Below are positions 1 through 10,500 of a stretch of DNA of 64,000 bases, piece by piece (position 1 is the first letter of the stretch; every line of letters starts with the position of its first letter). The translations under genes and the position numbers were made by a program. The notes below the pieces were generated by a model. It did not search any database. It saw nothing but the letters and a program-made list of their open reading frames with translations, and was not told the origin of the DNA. This DNA comes from Clostridia bacterium. GTDB lineage: Bacteria; Bacillota; Clostridia; JAAYHZ01. Location: contig JBMNIH010000003.1 of assembly GCA_050950825.1 (NCBI GenBank), forward strand, positions 224,001-288,000, given 5' to 3'.

Positions 1-291
1 ATTATTGCCCTTCTCTTTCAGGTATGGCAGAAGTTCATCCACCTTCATACCGTCAATTCCATGGGAGCCTTTGTTCCTTACCACCTGTTTATAGGCAGCG
101 TTCATGTTGTTTCTACTCAATATCTTCTCGAGCAAATCAAAGGTACTTACTTCTCCATTGTCCTGTCCGTTTGTTTCCGCCGGAAGGGTTCTCCGCACTC
201 CTGCCATATCTCGGGGTTCCACCCCTGCCTCTGGCAGGTAGTCTTCATATGAAGTTGTCTGCTCTCTACAAATCCTTCCCGAGTCCTTCAA
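1..291 (-). CDS. ltrA: Intron-encoded reverse transcriptase/maturase, N-terminal part (truncated by window edge)
   Basis: Manual translation from TTG at 291 (GGAGG RBS upstream) gives ...LLEKILSRNNMNAAYKQVVRNKGSHGIDGMKVDELLPYLKE, the RT0 domain. Not in the ORF track. Confidence 0.92.
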   Translation of the reverse strand, partial: MKDSGRICREQTTSYEDYLPEAGVEPRDMAGVRRTLPAETNGQDNGEVSTFDLLEKILSRNNMNAAYKQVVRNKGSHGIDGMKVDELLPYLKEKGNN

Positions 292-708
292 TCTTTCAGA
301 ACCTCCTGTTGTTCGGCCCTTCCGCTCCGTTCATGACCGCTGCGTACTATGGCCTCTGCTGACTTCTGACCGTTCAGCCGTACATTGCTGCACGGGTTGC
401 CTTGTGGAAGTTCATCCGACTCAGCGTACCGGTCAGATCTCCGCGGGTAAGCGCGCGCCCCTTCATCCCATATACCTGCTTCATTTACACCGCAAGCCTC
501 GGATAGCATTGGACTTCGTTTTGTTATGCAAACTCGTCCGACTTGCATATGCCTCATATGAAGTTCCTGTTCGTCAGGCCGGGATTTTGCCTCCGACTTC
601 CTTCAGATTCCACCTCACGATGGACACCCTTGTCTTTGGCTAACGGTTGGTGCTATCAACCCCCGTAACGGACTTTCACCGTCAAGGTCGCGCGCATGCC
701 GCGCGCAC
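1..708 (-). mobile_element. Group II intron, class IIC, 5' part (runs off the left edge)
   Basis: Minus strand starts GTGCGCGCGGCATGCGCG...GGTGAAAGTCC at 708 (GUGYG 5' end). It lies directly after an intrinsic terminator and about 415 nt of structured RNA precedes an RT ORF. Confidence 0.93.
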
Positions 709-734
709 ATAAAAAGCGGCTCGATGCGAGCCGC
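709..734 (-). terminator. Intrinsic terminator of the peptidase gene and intron target site
   Basis: GCGGCTCG-CAT-CGAGCCGC followed by TTTTTAT, then the intron start GTGCG. Confidence 0.9.
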
Positions 735-752
735 CTTCAAGGGATTAAAATC

Positions 753-1946
753 TCAAACTCTAATTAACCCGGGATTGCTTCCCGTTAAGCATATGCCCCC
801 TTCCTCCGTAACCAAAAACGTATTCTCCACGCCCACCATACCGATTCCCTCGAAGCCTTTTTTCGGCTCCAAGGCAATGGTCATGTTTTTTTCCAAGGGC
901 TTTTTAAATTTGGCGGCGATCACCGGAGGCTCGTCGATCAAAAGGCCGATTCCGTGGCCCAAAAACTTGACGCTGCGATTGCCGAAGCCCATAAAGTTCT
1001 TTAAGAAGGAGGAGTCCAAGATATTCATCGTCTCCAAATACAAATCCTCCGGAAGATTGCCGGGCTTCAGCTTTTCCGCTATACGGTTCTGTATTTCCAA
1101 GCATTGTTGGTGACCTTTTACCGCGTCGTCCGGTAAAGATCCTCCGAATATGTAAGTCATGGTTTTATCGGTATGGTATCCCTCGTACCCGCAGGCCACG
1201 TCCACAAAGACCAAATCTCCTTTTCTCAGTTTACGATCTCGGCTTCCCAAAAAAGGAACCGCCGGACATAAACCGTAGTTGCCCCCGGGGCCGTCAAAAT
1301 AGGTGGGGTAGATGGAAGATTCTCCGAAACAAACATGACCTAAAACCATGTCCACGTTGTAGCCTCCGAAGCGAGCGATACCGTGGTGACCGTTTTCCAC
1401 CAAAGCTTCATATAACTTCACTGCCAAATCCGCTTCGCTCATTCCCTCTTTCAGCAAGTCGGGAACCAAATCCTCCAAAACACGGCGATGGATTTTTCCG
1501 CTGGTTTTCATCAAATCCAGCTCGTATTCGCTCTTTACCGAACGAACCGACAGGATTTGGGCGTCCATGGCGCCTAAGCGTTGATACGGAAAATATTTTC
1601 GAAAACGTTCCAATATGGACATCGGCACCGAATCCGCTTCGATATACAAGCAGTCGATGGGTTCGGAATAGTCGGTTACGGCGTCCCGATAGCTTTCCAT
1701 AGGGCGAATGTCAGGAAAGTTCGATTCGGCTACGGCCCGCTCGTAGTTTCTCCTTACGCGGTAGACGGGGTTTTCTTCCCGAGGAATTAAAAGCATACCG
1801 TCCTGCATGGTTCCGGTAAAATAGTATTGGTTGATTTTGCTGAATACGACGGCCAGCCTCCAATCCGGATAGGAAGCCGTCATTTCGGCTTTAAACCGCT
1901 CCATCCTGTTTATAAGCTCTGTTAAAGGCACTTTCTTTATATCCAT
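753..1946 (-). CDS. M24 family Xaa-Pro aminopeptidase
   Basis: Creatinase-like N-terminus; metal ligands in VDVAC-GYHTD, GHGIG, ALEPK and GVENT motifs. Confidence 0.9.
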   Translation of the reverse strand: MDIKKVPLTELINRMERFKAEMTASYPDWRLAVVFSKINQYYFTGTMQDGMLLIPREENPVYRVRRNYERAVAESNFPDIRPMESYRDAVTDYSEPIDCLYIEADSVPMSILERFRKYFPYQRLGAMDAQILSVRSVKSEYELDLMKTSGKIHRRVLEDLVPDLLKEGMSEADLAVKLYEALVENGHHGIARFGGYNVDMVLGHVCFGESSIYPTYFDGPGGNYGLCPAVPFLGSRDRKLRKGDLVFVDVACGYEGYHTDKTMTYIFGGSLPDDAVKGHQQCLEIQNRIAEKLKPGNLPEDLYLETMNILDSSFLKNFMGFGNRSVKFLGHGIGLLIDEPPVIAAKFKKPLEKNMTIALEPKKGFEGIGMVGVENTFLVTEEGGICLTGSNPGLIRV

Positions 1947-2098
1947 ATCTCTTCATTCCTTGCGTATTTTGCATCCATTATAGCCGGATTGGGCCTGCAG
2001 TGCAAGGCAAAAAAGAATGCACAATACGATTCCCGCTTCATATATTAATAATATATCGACAGTTTGAATGATGAAAAAATGTAAAGGAGTAAACTTTT

Positions 2099-3517
2099 AT
2101 GCTGATACATGTCGTTGAAGCCGGTGACACGTTATGGCAGCTGGCGAATCTATATCGTGTAACCGTCGACTCCATCGTTGAGACCAATAGGCTTGAAAAT
2201 CCCAACCGATTGGTCATCGGACAATCCTTGGTAATCCCTACCCAAGGCGCCGTATATACGGTCGGAAGGGGAGATACCTTGTTCACCATATCAAGACAAT
2301 TCGGAGTAACGGTTCAAGATATCGTGGATTATAATCAAATAGAAAACCCGGACCAAATCACCCCGGGAACCGTCCTCTACATACCCCCGATCACCCATAT
2401 GGTACAGCCGGGAGAAACCTTGTTCCGCATCGCTCAAGCATACGGAGTCACTTTGCCGAACCTTTTAAAGGAAAACAATTTATCGGAAACCGCCATTTTG
2501 CAGCCGGGAGACGTAATCGTGATACCTCGAACCCAAAGGCCCTTCATCTCCGTCAACGGATACATATACTTTTTCGGGGAAGAAGCCGTTCCCATCATCG
2601 ATGAAGTAGGATACCTACTTACATACCTGAGTCCTTTCGCTTACCTCATTCGTGAAGACGGTTCCTTAGAGCCGATTGACGACAGCCCCGCCATCCGAGC
2701 GGCTTATGCCCAAAACGCCGTCCCTATGATGGCCATAACCAACTTCACCTCCACCTCTTTAGGAGAAAACTTGGCTTCCCAAGTTTTAAACAGCCCGCAG
2801 ATCCGAGGGAGGCTTATTGAAAATGTTCTTGCCATTATGCGAGAAAAAGGATATTTGGGGCTGAACGTGGACTTTGAAAACGTCCTGCCGCAAGACAGAG
2901 AAGCCTACAACACGTTTTTGCAGGAGGCCGCCGACCGTATGCACCAAGAAGGTTACTTCATATCCACCGCCGTAGCGCCGAAGGTGGGGCCGGAGCAGAC
3001 AGGTCTTTTGTACGAAGCTCACGATTACGAAGCCCACGGCCGAATCGTGGATTTCGTCATCCTTATGACCTATGAATGGGGTTATCGCTTAGGACCTCCG
3101 AGGGCAATCTCCCCGGTCAATGAAATACGGCGGGTTTTGGACTATGCCGTAACGGTAATCCCCCGGAACAAGATTTATTTAGGCTTTCAAATTTATGCGC
3201 GGGATTGGACCCTTCCCTTTGTCCAAGGCCGCCAAGCAAGAACATTCAGCCCGCAAGAAGCCATGAACCTTGCCGTAAGGTATAATGTGCCGATCCTGTA
3301 CGATGTAGCCGCCCAATCTCCCTTTTTCCGATATACCAACGCCCAAGGACAGCGCCACGAGGTGTGGTTCGAGGACGCCAGAAGCGCCCAAGCCAAGTTC
3401 AACCTGGCAAAAGAATACCGCTTAGGCGGAATCAGCTACTGGTCCTTAGGATACGATTACCCGCAAAATTGGGTCTTGCTCAATGACAACTTCATCATAC
3501 GCAAATTGCTCGGATAA
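2099..3517 (+). CDS. Spore cortex-lytic LysM + GH18 protein (YaaH/SleL/YdhD-like)
   Basis: Three LysM repeats (HVVEAGDTL, YTVGRGDTL, HMVQPGETL); GH18 motifs GLNVDFE and LMTYEWG. Confidence 0.92.
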   Translation: MLIHVVEAGDTLWQLANLYRVTVDSIVETNRLENPNRLVIGQSLVIPTQGAVYTVGRGDTLFTISRQFGVTVQDIVDYNQIENPDQITPGTVLYIPPITHMVQPGETLFRIAQAYGVTLPNLLKENNLSETAILQPGDVIVIPRTQRPFISVNGYIYFFGEEAVPIIDEVGYLLTYLSPFAYLIREDGSLEPIDDSPAIRAAYAQNAVPMMAITNFTSTSLGENLASQVLNSPQIRGRLIENVLAIMREKGYLGLNVDFENVLPQDREAYNTFLQEAADRMHQEGYFISTAVAPKVGPEQTGLLYEAHDYEAHGRIVDFVILMTYEWGYRLGPPRAISPVNEIRRVLDYAVTVIPRNKIYLGFQIYARDWTLPFVQGRQARTFSPQEAMNLAVRYNVPILYDVAAQSPFFRYTNAQGQRHEVWFEDARSAQAKFNLAKEYRLGGISYWSLGYDYPQNWVLLNDNFIIRKLLG

Positions 3518-3551
3518 TACCGGTTCTCTTTTAGCCGCTTTTCCTCCTTTA

Positions 3552-3582
3552 AACGGCCGATCCTTTTACCCGATCGGCCGTT
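3552..3582. terminator. Hairpin between convergent genes
   Basis: 11-bp inverted repeat AACGGCCGATC / GATCGGCCGTT. Confidence 0.7.
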
Positions 3583-4129
3583 ACTTTGCTCCGAAGACTC
3601 TTTCCACGGTTTCCTTCAGCTCCCGATACATGGGATAGTCCTCAATTCCAAAGAAGCATTCCAAAAGACTCCGATAATACCGTTTTTGTTTTTCGTAAGG
3701 AGCGTTGAAAACATCCCATATCTTCTCCCCTATTCTTTTGTAATCCGCCTCCGTACTTTTAATATTGTGCAGCTTGTCGGCGCATACAATTTGCTTGATC
3801 TTTACATCCGCCTTATTTTTTAAAAAATAAAGGGTGTTCTCCTTTCTTACTTCCCAAGTGACATTCGGCACATGACGGTTGCTTTCTCCTGCTCCCTCCA
3901 CCAACCGTGCCACTTCTTTACCGAACATATTTTCAATATCCGAAAGGGTAAGGTCCGTATCTTCCACGGTATCGTGCAAAATACCGGCGGTTATTACCTC
4001 CATACTGCACCCGTTTTCCGCCAAAATGGCGCCGACGCCCAAAGGATGGAAGATATACGGGATGCCGGATCCTTTTCGTTTTTGTCCCTTATGAGCTTCC
4101 GCCGCAACGCAAATCGCTTTTTCTAACAC
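3581..4129 (-). CDS. Stand-alone HD-domain RelA/SpoT-type hydrolase (small alarmone hydrolase-like)
   Basis: Motifs AH-GQ-RK, PYIFHP, LHDTVEDT and ADKLHN. GTG start at 4129 follows AGGAGG. Confidence 0.8.
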   Translation of the reverse strand: MLEKAICVAAEAHKGQKRKGSGIPYIFHPLGVGAILAENGCSMEVITAGILHDTVEDTDLTLSDIENMFGKEVARLVEGAGESNRHVPNVTWEVRKENTLYFLKNKADVKIKQIVCADKLHNIKSTEADYKRIGEKIWDVFNAPYEKQKRYYRSLLECFFGIEDYPMYRELKETVERVFGAK

Positions 4130-4240
4130 GGAATGCCTCCTTTTTAAAAATGTCACATTTAAAAAGTTTCAATCGATTACATATATTTTACTCGAATTTT
4201 GGACAAACTAAAAAAGAAAAGTTTCAAAGGAGGAGTTTTT

Positions 4241-4405
4241 ATGGATGCACCTAGAATAACGGTCAAATGCAGCGTTGAAAATTGCCATTACAACAAACAA
4301 CGCTTATGCTATGCCGATACTTTGGAAGTCAATGCCATGCACGGGAAGAAAAACGCCGAAACCAGTGACGAAACTCGTTGCACCACATTCGTGGAACATC
4401 GCTAA
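4241..4405 (+). CDS. DUF1540-like small Cys-rich protein
   Basis: VKCSVENCHYN...C...ETRCTTF pattern; AGGAGG RBS before ATG at 4241. Confidence 0.8.
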   Translation: MDAPRITVKCSVENCHYNKQRLCYADTLEVNAMHGKKNAETSDETRCTTFVEHR

Positions 4406-4420
4406 CGCCGCCTTTCTGTA

Positions 4421-4451
4421 AAAAGGACGAGATACATCTTCGTCCTTTTTT
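4421..4451 (+). terminator. Intrinsic terminator
   Basis: AAAAGGACGA / TCGTCCTTTT stem with T tract. Confidence 0.8.
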
Positions 4452-4457
4452 ATGCAA

Positions 4458-4489
4458 TAAAAAAACCATAAGCAATTTTCACTTATGGT
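4458..4489 (-). terminator. Terminator of the 6S RNA gene
   Basis: ACCATAAG / CTTATGGT stem followed by a T run on the minus strand. Confidence 0.75.
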
Positions 4490-4493
4490 AAAC

Positions 4494-4688
4494 ATATTCC
4501 AAAGCACCGCTGCCAACATTTTGATCCCTATCTTGCGATAGGTGGGTTTTCTCAGGGAAGTTTCTATCTTCCTCCGTCCGCATGCGGTATTTTTTACGAG
4601 GCCTGATATACGCTTCCTACATTATTTGAAATCCCGTTTAAATGATGTAGGTTCAAAATAAAGGCTCCGCGAATGCTTCAGAACTTAC
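4494..4688 (-). ncRNA. ssrS: 6S RNA
   Basis: About 195 nt between a sigma-A promoter and a terminator. Ends pair (GUUCUGAAGCAU with GUGCUUUGGAAU). Carries Firmicute 6S-like segments UUGAACCUACAU and AACCCACCU...GGGAUCAAAA. Boundaries approximate. Confidence 0.8.
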
Positions 4689-4694
4689 ACCGTT

Positions 4695-4722
4695 ATTATA
4701 TCAAAACTACGGCCAAAGTCAA
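4695..4722 (-). promoter_or_regulatory. Sigma-A promoter of 6S RNA
   Basis: TTGACT-16 nt-TATAAT with extended TGn -10. Confidence 0.8.
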
Positions 4723-4758
4723 CAGGGAATTTTTTGTCGTTTTTCATGTTTTTATGTT

Positions 4759-5667
4759 TTATTCTCCTTTCGGCTTGAGCTTCTCCAAAAGAAAATCCAA
4801 ACGGACGGCTTTTTCAGGATACAGCATCTCCTCAAACAAATCCCCGGTTTTGGCCAAACGCTCACGGATATTCAACAAAGTAAAATCTTCCGGTCTTGCC
4901 CCCTCCTCCAGCTCCTTCCATGTAAGGGGCGCCGCCACGGTGGCAAAAGCCGTAGCCCGTGGCGAGTAGGGGCAGATGACCGTTTTTCCCTGCCAAAGCT
5001 GCAAATAATCGAAGTACAGCTTTTTCCCTCTCTTTTTTACGTTTCGTTCCACGGTAAAAAGATCCGGATATTTTTCACTAAAATAGGTACCGAAAAATTC
5101 GTTAATTAATCGGGCTTGGTTGTAATCGTATCGCCCTGCAACAAAGATATAGATTTGAAGTCCGGTTGCTCCGGAAAGTTTTACATGGCTTCGAATATTC
5201 AGACCTTCCAAGGTTTCTCGAATCAACAAAGCGGCTTTGGCTACATCTTCAAAGGTTTGGCCTTCCGACGGGTCCAAATCAAAGACCAAAGCGTCGGGAT
5301 GATTCTCTTTTCCTTTTTCGAAGGAAACATGAAATTCCAAGGCCGCCATATTCCCTAGCCACACCAAGGTTTCCAAATCGTTTAATAAAACGTATTCGTT
5401 GTCGTTCCGAATTCTTGTGGATATATAATCGGGGGCATGGTCCGGTATGTTTTTGCGGTAAAAGGATTTTCCGTCGATACCGTCCGGATAACAGATCGTT
5501 GTCAAAAGCCGGTCCTTGGCATGCCGAATTAAATATTCGGATAAAAAGGCCAATTTTTCAATGTATATTCCTTTCGTAATGCCAAGATCCTTCCAAAGCG
5601 GCTTGTCCGGATTGCCGATAAGAATGGTTTTTCCGTTAATCTCAACGGACCCCGTTGTTTTACTCAT
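4759..5667 (-). CDS. NHEJ LigD polymerase/primase domain (stand-alone)
   Basis: Motifs YPDGI, AALEFH, LVFDLDP, KLSGATGLQ, YFDYLQ, PYSPRA. ATG at 5667 overlaps the ligase stop. Confidence 0.9.
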   Translation of the reverse strand: MSKTTGSVEINGKTILIGNPDKPLWKDLGITKGIYIEKLAFLSEYLIRHAKDRLLTTICYPDGIDGKSFYRKNIPDHAPDYISTRIRNDNEYVLLNDLETLVWLGNMAALEFHVSFEKGKENHPDALVFDLDPSEGQTFEDVAKAALLIRETLEGLNIRSHVKLSGATGLQIYIFVAGRYDYNQARLINEFFGTYFSEKYPDLFTVERNVKKRGKKLYFDYLQLWQGKTVICPYSPRATAFATVAAPLTWKELEEGARPEDFTLLNIRERLAKTGDLFEEMLYPEKAVRLDFLLEKLKPKGE

Positions 5668-6608
5668 AACAAGTCCTCTCCTTCGATGACCGCTTCTTTT
5701 GCAGGAGAAGCGGAAAAGCCCGAAAGGACGGGATGGCGCATGACGCCATCCGTTGTCCATTCCAAAAACCGTACGCGGCAAGTCAGTAAAGGCCGAAACC
5801 ACCAAACGGAAGAAGGAGAAGAGGCCATCTCTTGAAAAGGGCTTTCCTCTTGCCTTAGTTTTTCTTTGTTCCGGAAAAGAAAGTCTTTATCCGATTCCTT
5901 TAAGCCCGTCGCCACGTTCCCGATATATACAAGCTTTCCTTGGTCGTATCCTCCTAAAATCAAAGCATTCGGATATCCTTGCTTCAATGTAACACCGCAG
6001 ACAACCGCCAGAAGGCTTTTTTCGTTCTTGACCTTAAACCAGCTTTCGTGGTTTTTACCCTTTGCATAAATGCTGTTTATATCCTTCGTGACGATGCCCT
6101 CCAAGCCTTTTTGCTTTGTAAACGCAAAAAGAGCTTTTCCGTCCCTAAAATCATCGGTAATCACAATGTTTTCATTTCGGGTAAATGACGAACGAAGGAT
6201 TTCGTTTCTTTCAGCCCAAGGCTTTCCCCGAAGATCCTCTCCGTTTAATGACAAAATATCAAACAAGATATATTTCACCGGGTATTCCTTTATATAACGA
6301 TCCAAGTATCTCGTGCTTTTTAATTGATCCCGCTTTAAGACCTTTCGAAAGGAAGGCTTCAATCCGTCAAAGACAACCAACTCTCCGTCAAATACCCCTT
6401 TTTCCGCTTTGACCGAATCCGCCAAGCTTTCCGTTTCCGGATAGAAACCGGTTCGCTCCCTTCCGGATTTATTGAAAATCCGGACCCTTCGGTCCTCCAT
6501 CACGGCGATTCCACGGATTCCGTCCCATTTGATTTGATGAACGTAGTTTTCCCCCTCCCGTATCCGGCGGATAAGCACAGGCTCCATGGGCTCATACCAT
6601 TGTTTCAT
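5664..6608 (-). CDS. NHEJ ATP-dependent DNA ligase domain
   Basis: Adenylation motif QIKWDGIR plus FDGELV, LFDIL, EGIVTK and MRHP. Confidence 0.9.
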   Translation of the reverse strand: MKQWYEPMEPVLIRRIREGENYVHQIKWDGIRGIAVMEDRRVRIFNKSGRERTGFYPETESLADSVKAEKGVFDGELVVFDGLKPSFRKVLKRDQLKSTRYLDRYIKEYPVKYILFDILSLNGEDLRGKPWAERNEILRSSFTRNENIVITDDFRDGKALFAFTKQKGLEGIVTKDINSIYAKGKNHESWFKVKNEKSLLAVVCGVTLKQGYPNALILGGYDQGKLVYIGNVATGLKESDKDFLFRNKEKLRQEESPFQEMASSPSSVWWFRPLLTCRVRFLEWTTDGVMRHPVLSGFSASPAKEAVIEGEDLL

Positions 6609-6609
6609 A

Positions 6610-7410
6610 TTATCCCGTGCTTCTTTTCTTTTTGGTTTTCTTTTGGGTTTCCTTCAAGCTTGCCTGAAGCGCTTCCATAATATCCACCACGTTGCTTTGG
6701 ACGGCGGAAGGAGCGGTTTGGATCTCTTGACCTTCCACCTTCTTTCGGATCAAATCCAACAAATCCTCTCGATAGGTGTTCACGTATTTTTTAGGATCGA
6801 ACGTCTCCGTCAAGTTTTCAATCAGCTTTTTAGCCATATCCAATTCCTTATCCACAACCTCTTGGTCCGAAGGTACATCGGGAACCAAAGAAATCTCGCG
6901 GACCTCATCCGGGTAAAAAATGGTTTCCAAGACCAATACGTCCTTGTACACCCGCAAGGCGGCCAAGCTTTCCTTGTTTCGAATAACGATTTTTGCAATA
7001 GCGATTTTCCCGGTGTCGCTCATGGCTTTTCGCAACAGCTTGTAGGCTTTTCCTCCCGTTTCCCGTGGGGACAGGTAATAGGTTTTATCAAAGTAGATGG
7101 GGTCGATTTCCGATAACTGCACAAAATCCAGGATTTCAATGGACTTTTCCTTTTTTTCATTTTCCAAGGCGGAAAAGTCTTCGTCCGTTACCAATACGAA
7201 CTTTCCCGGCTCGTACTCGTAACCTCTGACAATTTCTTCGTCTTTGATCTTCTTGTTGCACGTAGGACAAACCTTTTCATACTTGACGGGAGTGTTGCAT
7301 TCCTTATGCAAATACTTGAACCGAACGTCTCGATCCTCCGTAGCCGCAAACATACGAACCGGTATGTTGACCAACCCGAAGCTTACGGATCCTTTCCACA
7401 TTGTATGCAT
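6610..7410 (-). CDS. ku: Ku protein
   Basis: MHTMWKGSVSFGLVNIPV, IDPIYFDKTYYL and basic C-terminal tail. Confidence 0.96.
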   Translation of the reverse strand: MHTMWKGSVSFGLVNIPVRMFAATEDRDVRFKYLHKECNTPVKYEKVCPTCNKKIKDEEIVRGYEYEPGKFVLVTDEDFSALENEKKEKSIEILDFVQLSEIDPIYFDKTYYLSPRETGGKAYKLLRKAMSDTGKIAIAKIVIRNKESLAALRVYKDVLVLETIFYPDEVREISLVPDVPSDQEVVDKELDMAKKLIENLTETFDPKKYVNTYREDLLDLIRKKVEGQEIQTAPSAVQSNVVDIMEALQASLKETQKKTKKKRSTG

Positions 7411-7590
7411 GGCGATACTCCCTTTCATAATAATTTTTACGTAAAAAGATTTAACGCATTTTTCGTATTTATAGGTTTTGTTTCACGAATACTTTTTATA
7501 CCCTTCCAAACAATGATATAATGGTTTAAAAAATCGGCAATCATCATCGTAAATATATCGAAAAACACCATACCAAAAGGAGAGAAGAAC

Positions 7591-10500
7591 ATGGCATTGG
7601 ATTTGGAATACAAAAGGCGAATCGAAAAATGGCAGGAGTATTTAAAAAAGCGTATTTTTACTCCTTTGAAAGCCGTGGAGCTTGAAGGATACAAAACAAA
7701 AGAGCTTTTGTCACTTTCCGATTTGGAGTCCAAAGCCTTCGTACCCATGAAGGAAGGAACCCCTTGGGGAGAGAAGTGGGAATACTGCTGGTTTAAGACC
7801 GTCATCACCTTGGACGAGTCCGTGAAGGGCAAAAGAATCGTGTTCGCAGGAGAACCGGGTGGCGAATCCTCCGTTTACATCAACGGAAAACATGCCGGCG
7901 CTTTCGATTTCAACCATCATTACGTCACGTTAACCAAGTGCGCAGAAGGCAACGAGCGTTTTGAAATCCTCATGGAATGCTATGCCGGACACGGTATTCG
8001 CGAACATAAAGCCATCCCCTGTCCTCCGGGATTTGAAACCGTTCCGGAGCCGCCGAAAAACCAAACCGTCGTCGGGCATTCCGTTGTCGGGGTATGGTAC
8101 GAGGATATTTACCAATTGTGGTTGGATATCAACACCCTGTATGAAATACGAAACAACATCGATCCTACCTCCTTGAGAGTCGTCAAGATCGACAAGCTTT
8201 TAAAAGAATACACCTTAACGATTGATTTGGAACAGCCGACGGAAAAGCTGAACGAAGATTGCAAAAATTTCAGAGAACGAGTACGGCCTTTGATGGAGGC
8301 CAAAAACGGTTCTTCCGCTCCCGTTTTCTATTCCATCGGCAATTCCCATATCGACGTGGCATGGATGTGGCCTTTGGCAGAGACGGTAAGAAAGTGCTCC
8401 CGAACCTTCGGCACCATGCTGTCTTTAATGGATGAATACGACAATTATCTGTTCATTTTAAGCCAGCCTCATCTTTACCAAATGGTCAAGGACCACTACC
8501 CCGACCTTTACGAAAGAATGAAGGAAGCGGTAAAAAAAGGCCAATTGATTCCGGAAGGCGCCATGTGGGTGGAACCGGACACCAATGTCCCTTGGGGGGA
8601 AAGCTTGATTCGTCAATTTATCCACGGAAAACGATTTTTTAAAGAAGAATTCGGAATTGACAGCAAGCTCTGCTGGCTGCCGGACGTATTCGGCTATTCC
8701 GGTGCGCTGCCTCAAATTATGAAGGGATGCGGTGTGGATTACTTTACTACGCAAAAAATCTTCTGGGCATACAACGGCGGCATGAAGTTCCCCTACATTA
8801 CTTTTTGGTGGGAAGGAATCGACGGTACGAAGGTTTTGTCTCATTTTCATACCCGCTACGAATCCCATACCAATCCGGCAACCGTCATTGCTCGGTGGAG
8901 AGACCGTGAACAAGAGGAAGTCGAGTCCCGCCTGTTCGTGTTCGGTTACGGGGACGGAGGCGGCGGTCCTACGAGGGACCACATGGAGTATATCAACAGG
9001 CAAAAGGATTTGGAAGGATCTCCGAAATGCATCATGAGCCATCCGGTGAAGTATTTTGAGTATTTGGAGACCTCCGAAGAAGGCGTGAACCATACCTATA
9101 AAGGAGAGCTGTATTTCCAAGCCCACCGAGGAACCTTGACTTCCCAAGCGAGAACCAAACGTGGCAACCGAAAAAGCGAAATCGCCTTGAGGGATGCGGA
9201 AATCTACGGAGTCTTCTCCAACATTTTAGCCGGCAATCCGTTCGACCGAAAGGTATTGGATCCTTATTGGAAGCTTCTATTGCTGAACCAATTCCACGAT
9301 ATCTTGCCGGGATCCTCTATTGAACGGGTTCACAAGGAAGCGGTGGAAGACTTTGAACGGATCCAAAAAGAAGCGAAGAGAATCGCGGAAGAGTGCTTGA
9401 GCATATTAACGGGTCCGAAAGAAGATTCGGTAACCTACTTTAATTCTTTGAGCTTTGATATTGACACCTTAGTCGAGCTTCCGGAAGACTTTACCGCCGT
9501 AGAGAACAAAAACAAAGAGCTTGTAGCGGTACAGCGGTACAACGATAAGAATTATGCAAGAGTGCAAATTCCCATGTTCGGCTCCGTATCCTTAAAAAAA
9601 TCGGATGAGAATGCAAAAACCTATCTTTCCTCCGAAACGGATACCGATGCTTACGTTTTGGAAAATGCCTTTGTAAGGGCGGAATTTAACGAATACGGAG
9701 AAATCGTTCATCTTGTCGACAAGAAAAACGGAAGAACCGTATCCAAGGGAATTTGTAATCAAATAAAGATGTACAAAGACATTCCCACCAGCTGGGACAA
9801 CTGGGATTTGGATTCTTCCTACAAAAAAATGCCGGTTCCCTTGGACCAAAAAGCGAAAATACGGAAAATTACGGGTCCTCTGTTCCAAACTCTGGTTATC
9901 GAAAGGAAGATTCACAACTCCTCCTATACCCAGGAGGTGATTCTGAAGGAACACGGCCCGAGAATCGACTTTCATACCGTAGTGGATTGGAAAGAAAGCC
10001 ATAAGCTTTTGAAGGTGAACTTCCCGGTGGACATTCAAACCGACGAGGGATTGAACGAAATCCAGTTCGGATATATCAAGCGTCCCAACCACATGTCTCG
10101 TCAATACGACCAAGACCGCTTCGAAGTATCCAATCAGCGTTGGACCGCTTTGACGGAAGAAAATTACGGAGTGGCCGTATTGAACGACTGCAAATACGGA
10201 GTAAGCATGGAGGACAACAGCATCAACCTGACCCTGTTGAAATCCGGATTGGCTCCGGATATGAATGCGGACAAAGGAATCCAGGAATTTACCTATTCCC
10301 TGTATTTTTGGAGCGGTTCCTTCATGAATTCTCCGCTGATCAAGGAAGCCTATGAATTGAATACCGTTCCTTTCCGCGTCACGGGGGAAAAGAATATGGA
10401 TTCTTTAATCCGCTTTGACTCCGATAACGTGTTTTTGGATACCATCAAGCCTGCGGAGGACGGATCCAAGGATATCGTATTGAGATTCTATGAAGGAAAG

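Noticed and set aside
24-643. Several short ORFs from the track
   Set aside because: They overlap the intron RNA or are antisense to the RT; no protein motifs.
5668-5805. N-terminal extension of the polymerase ORF
   Set aside because: Overlaps the ligase gene; the RBS-supported ATG at 5667 is more plausible.
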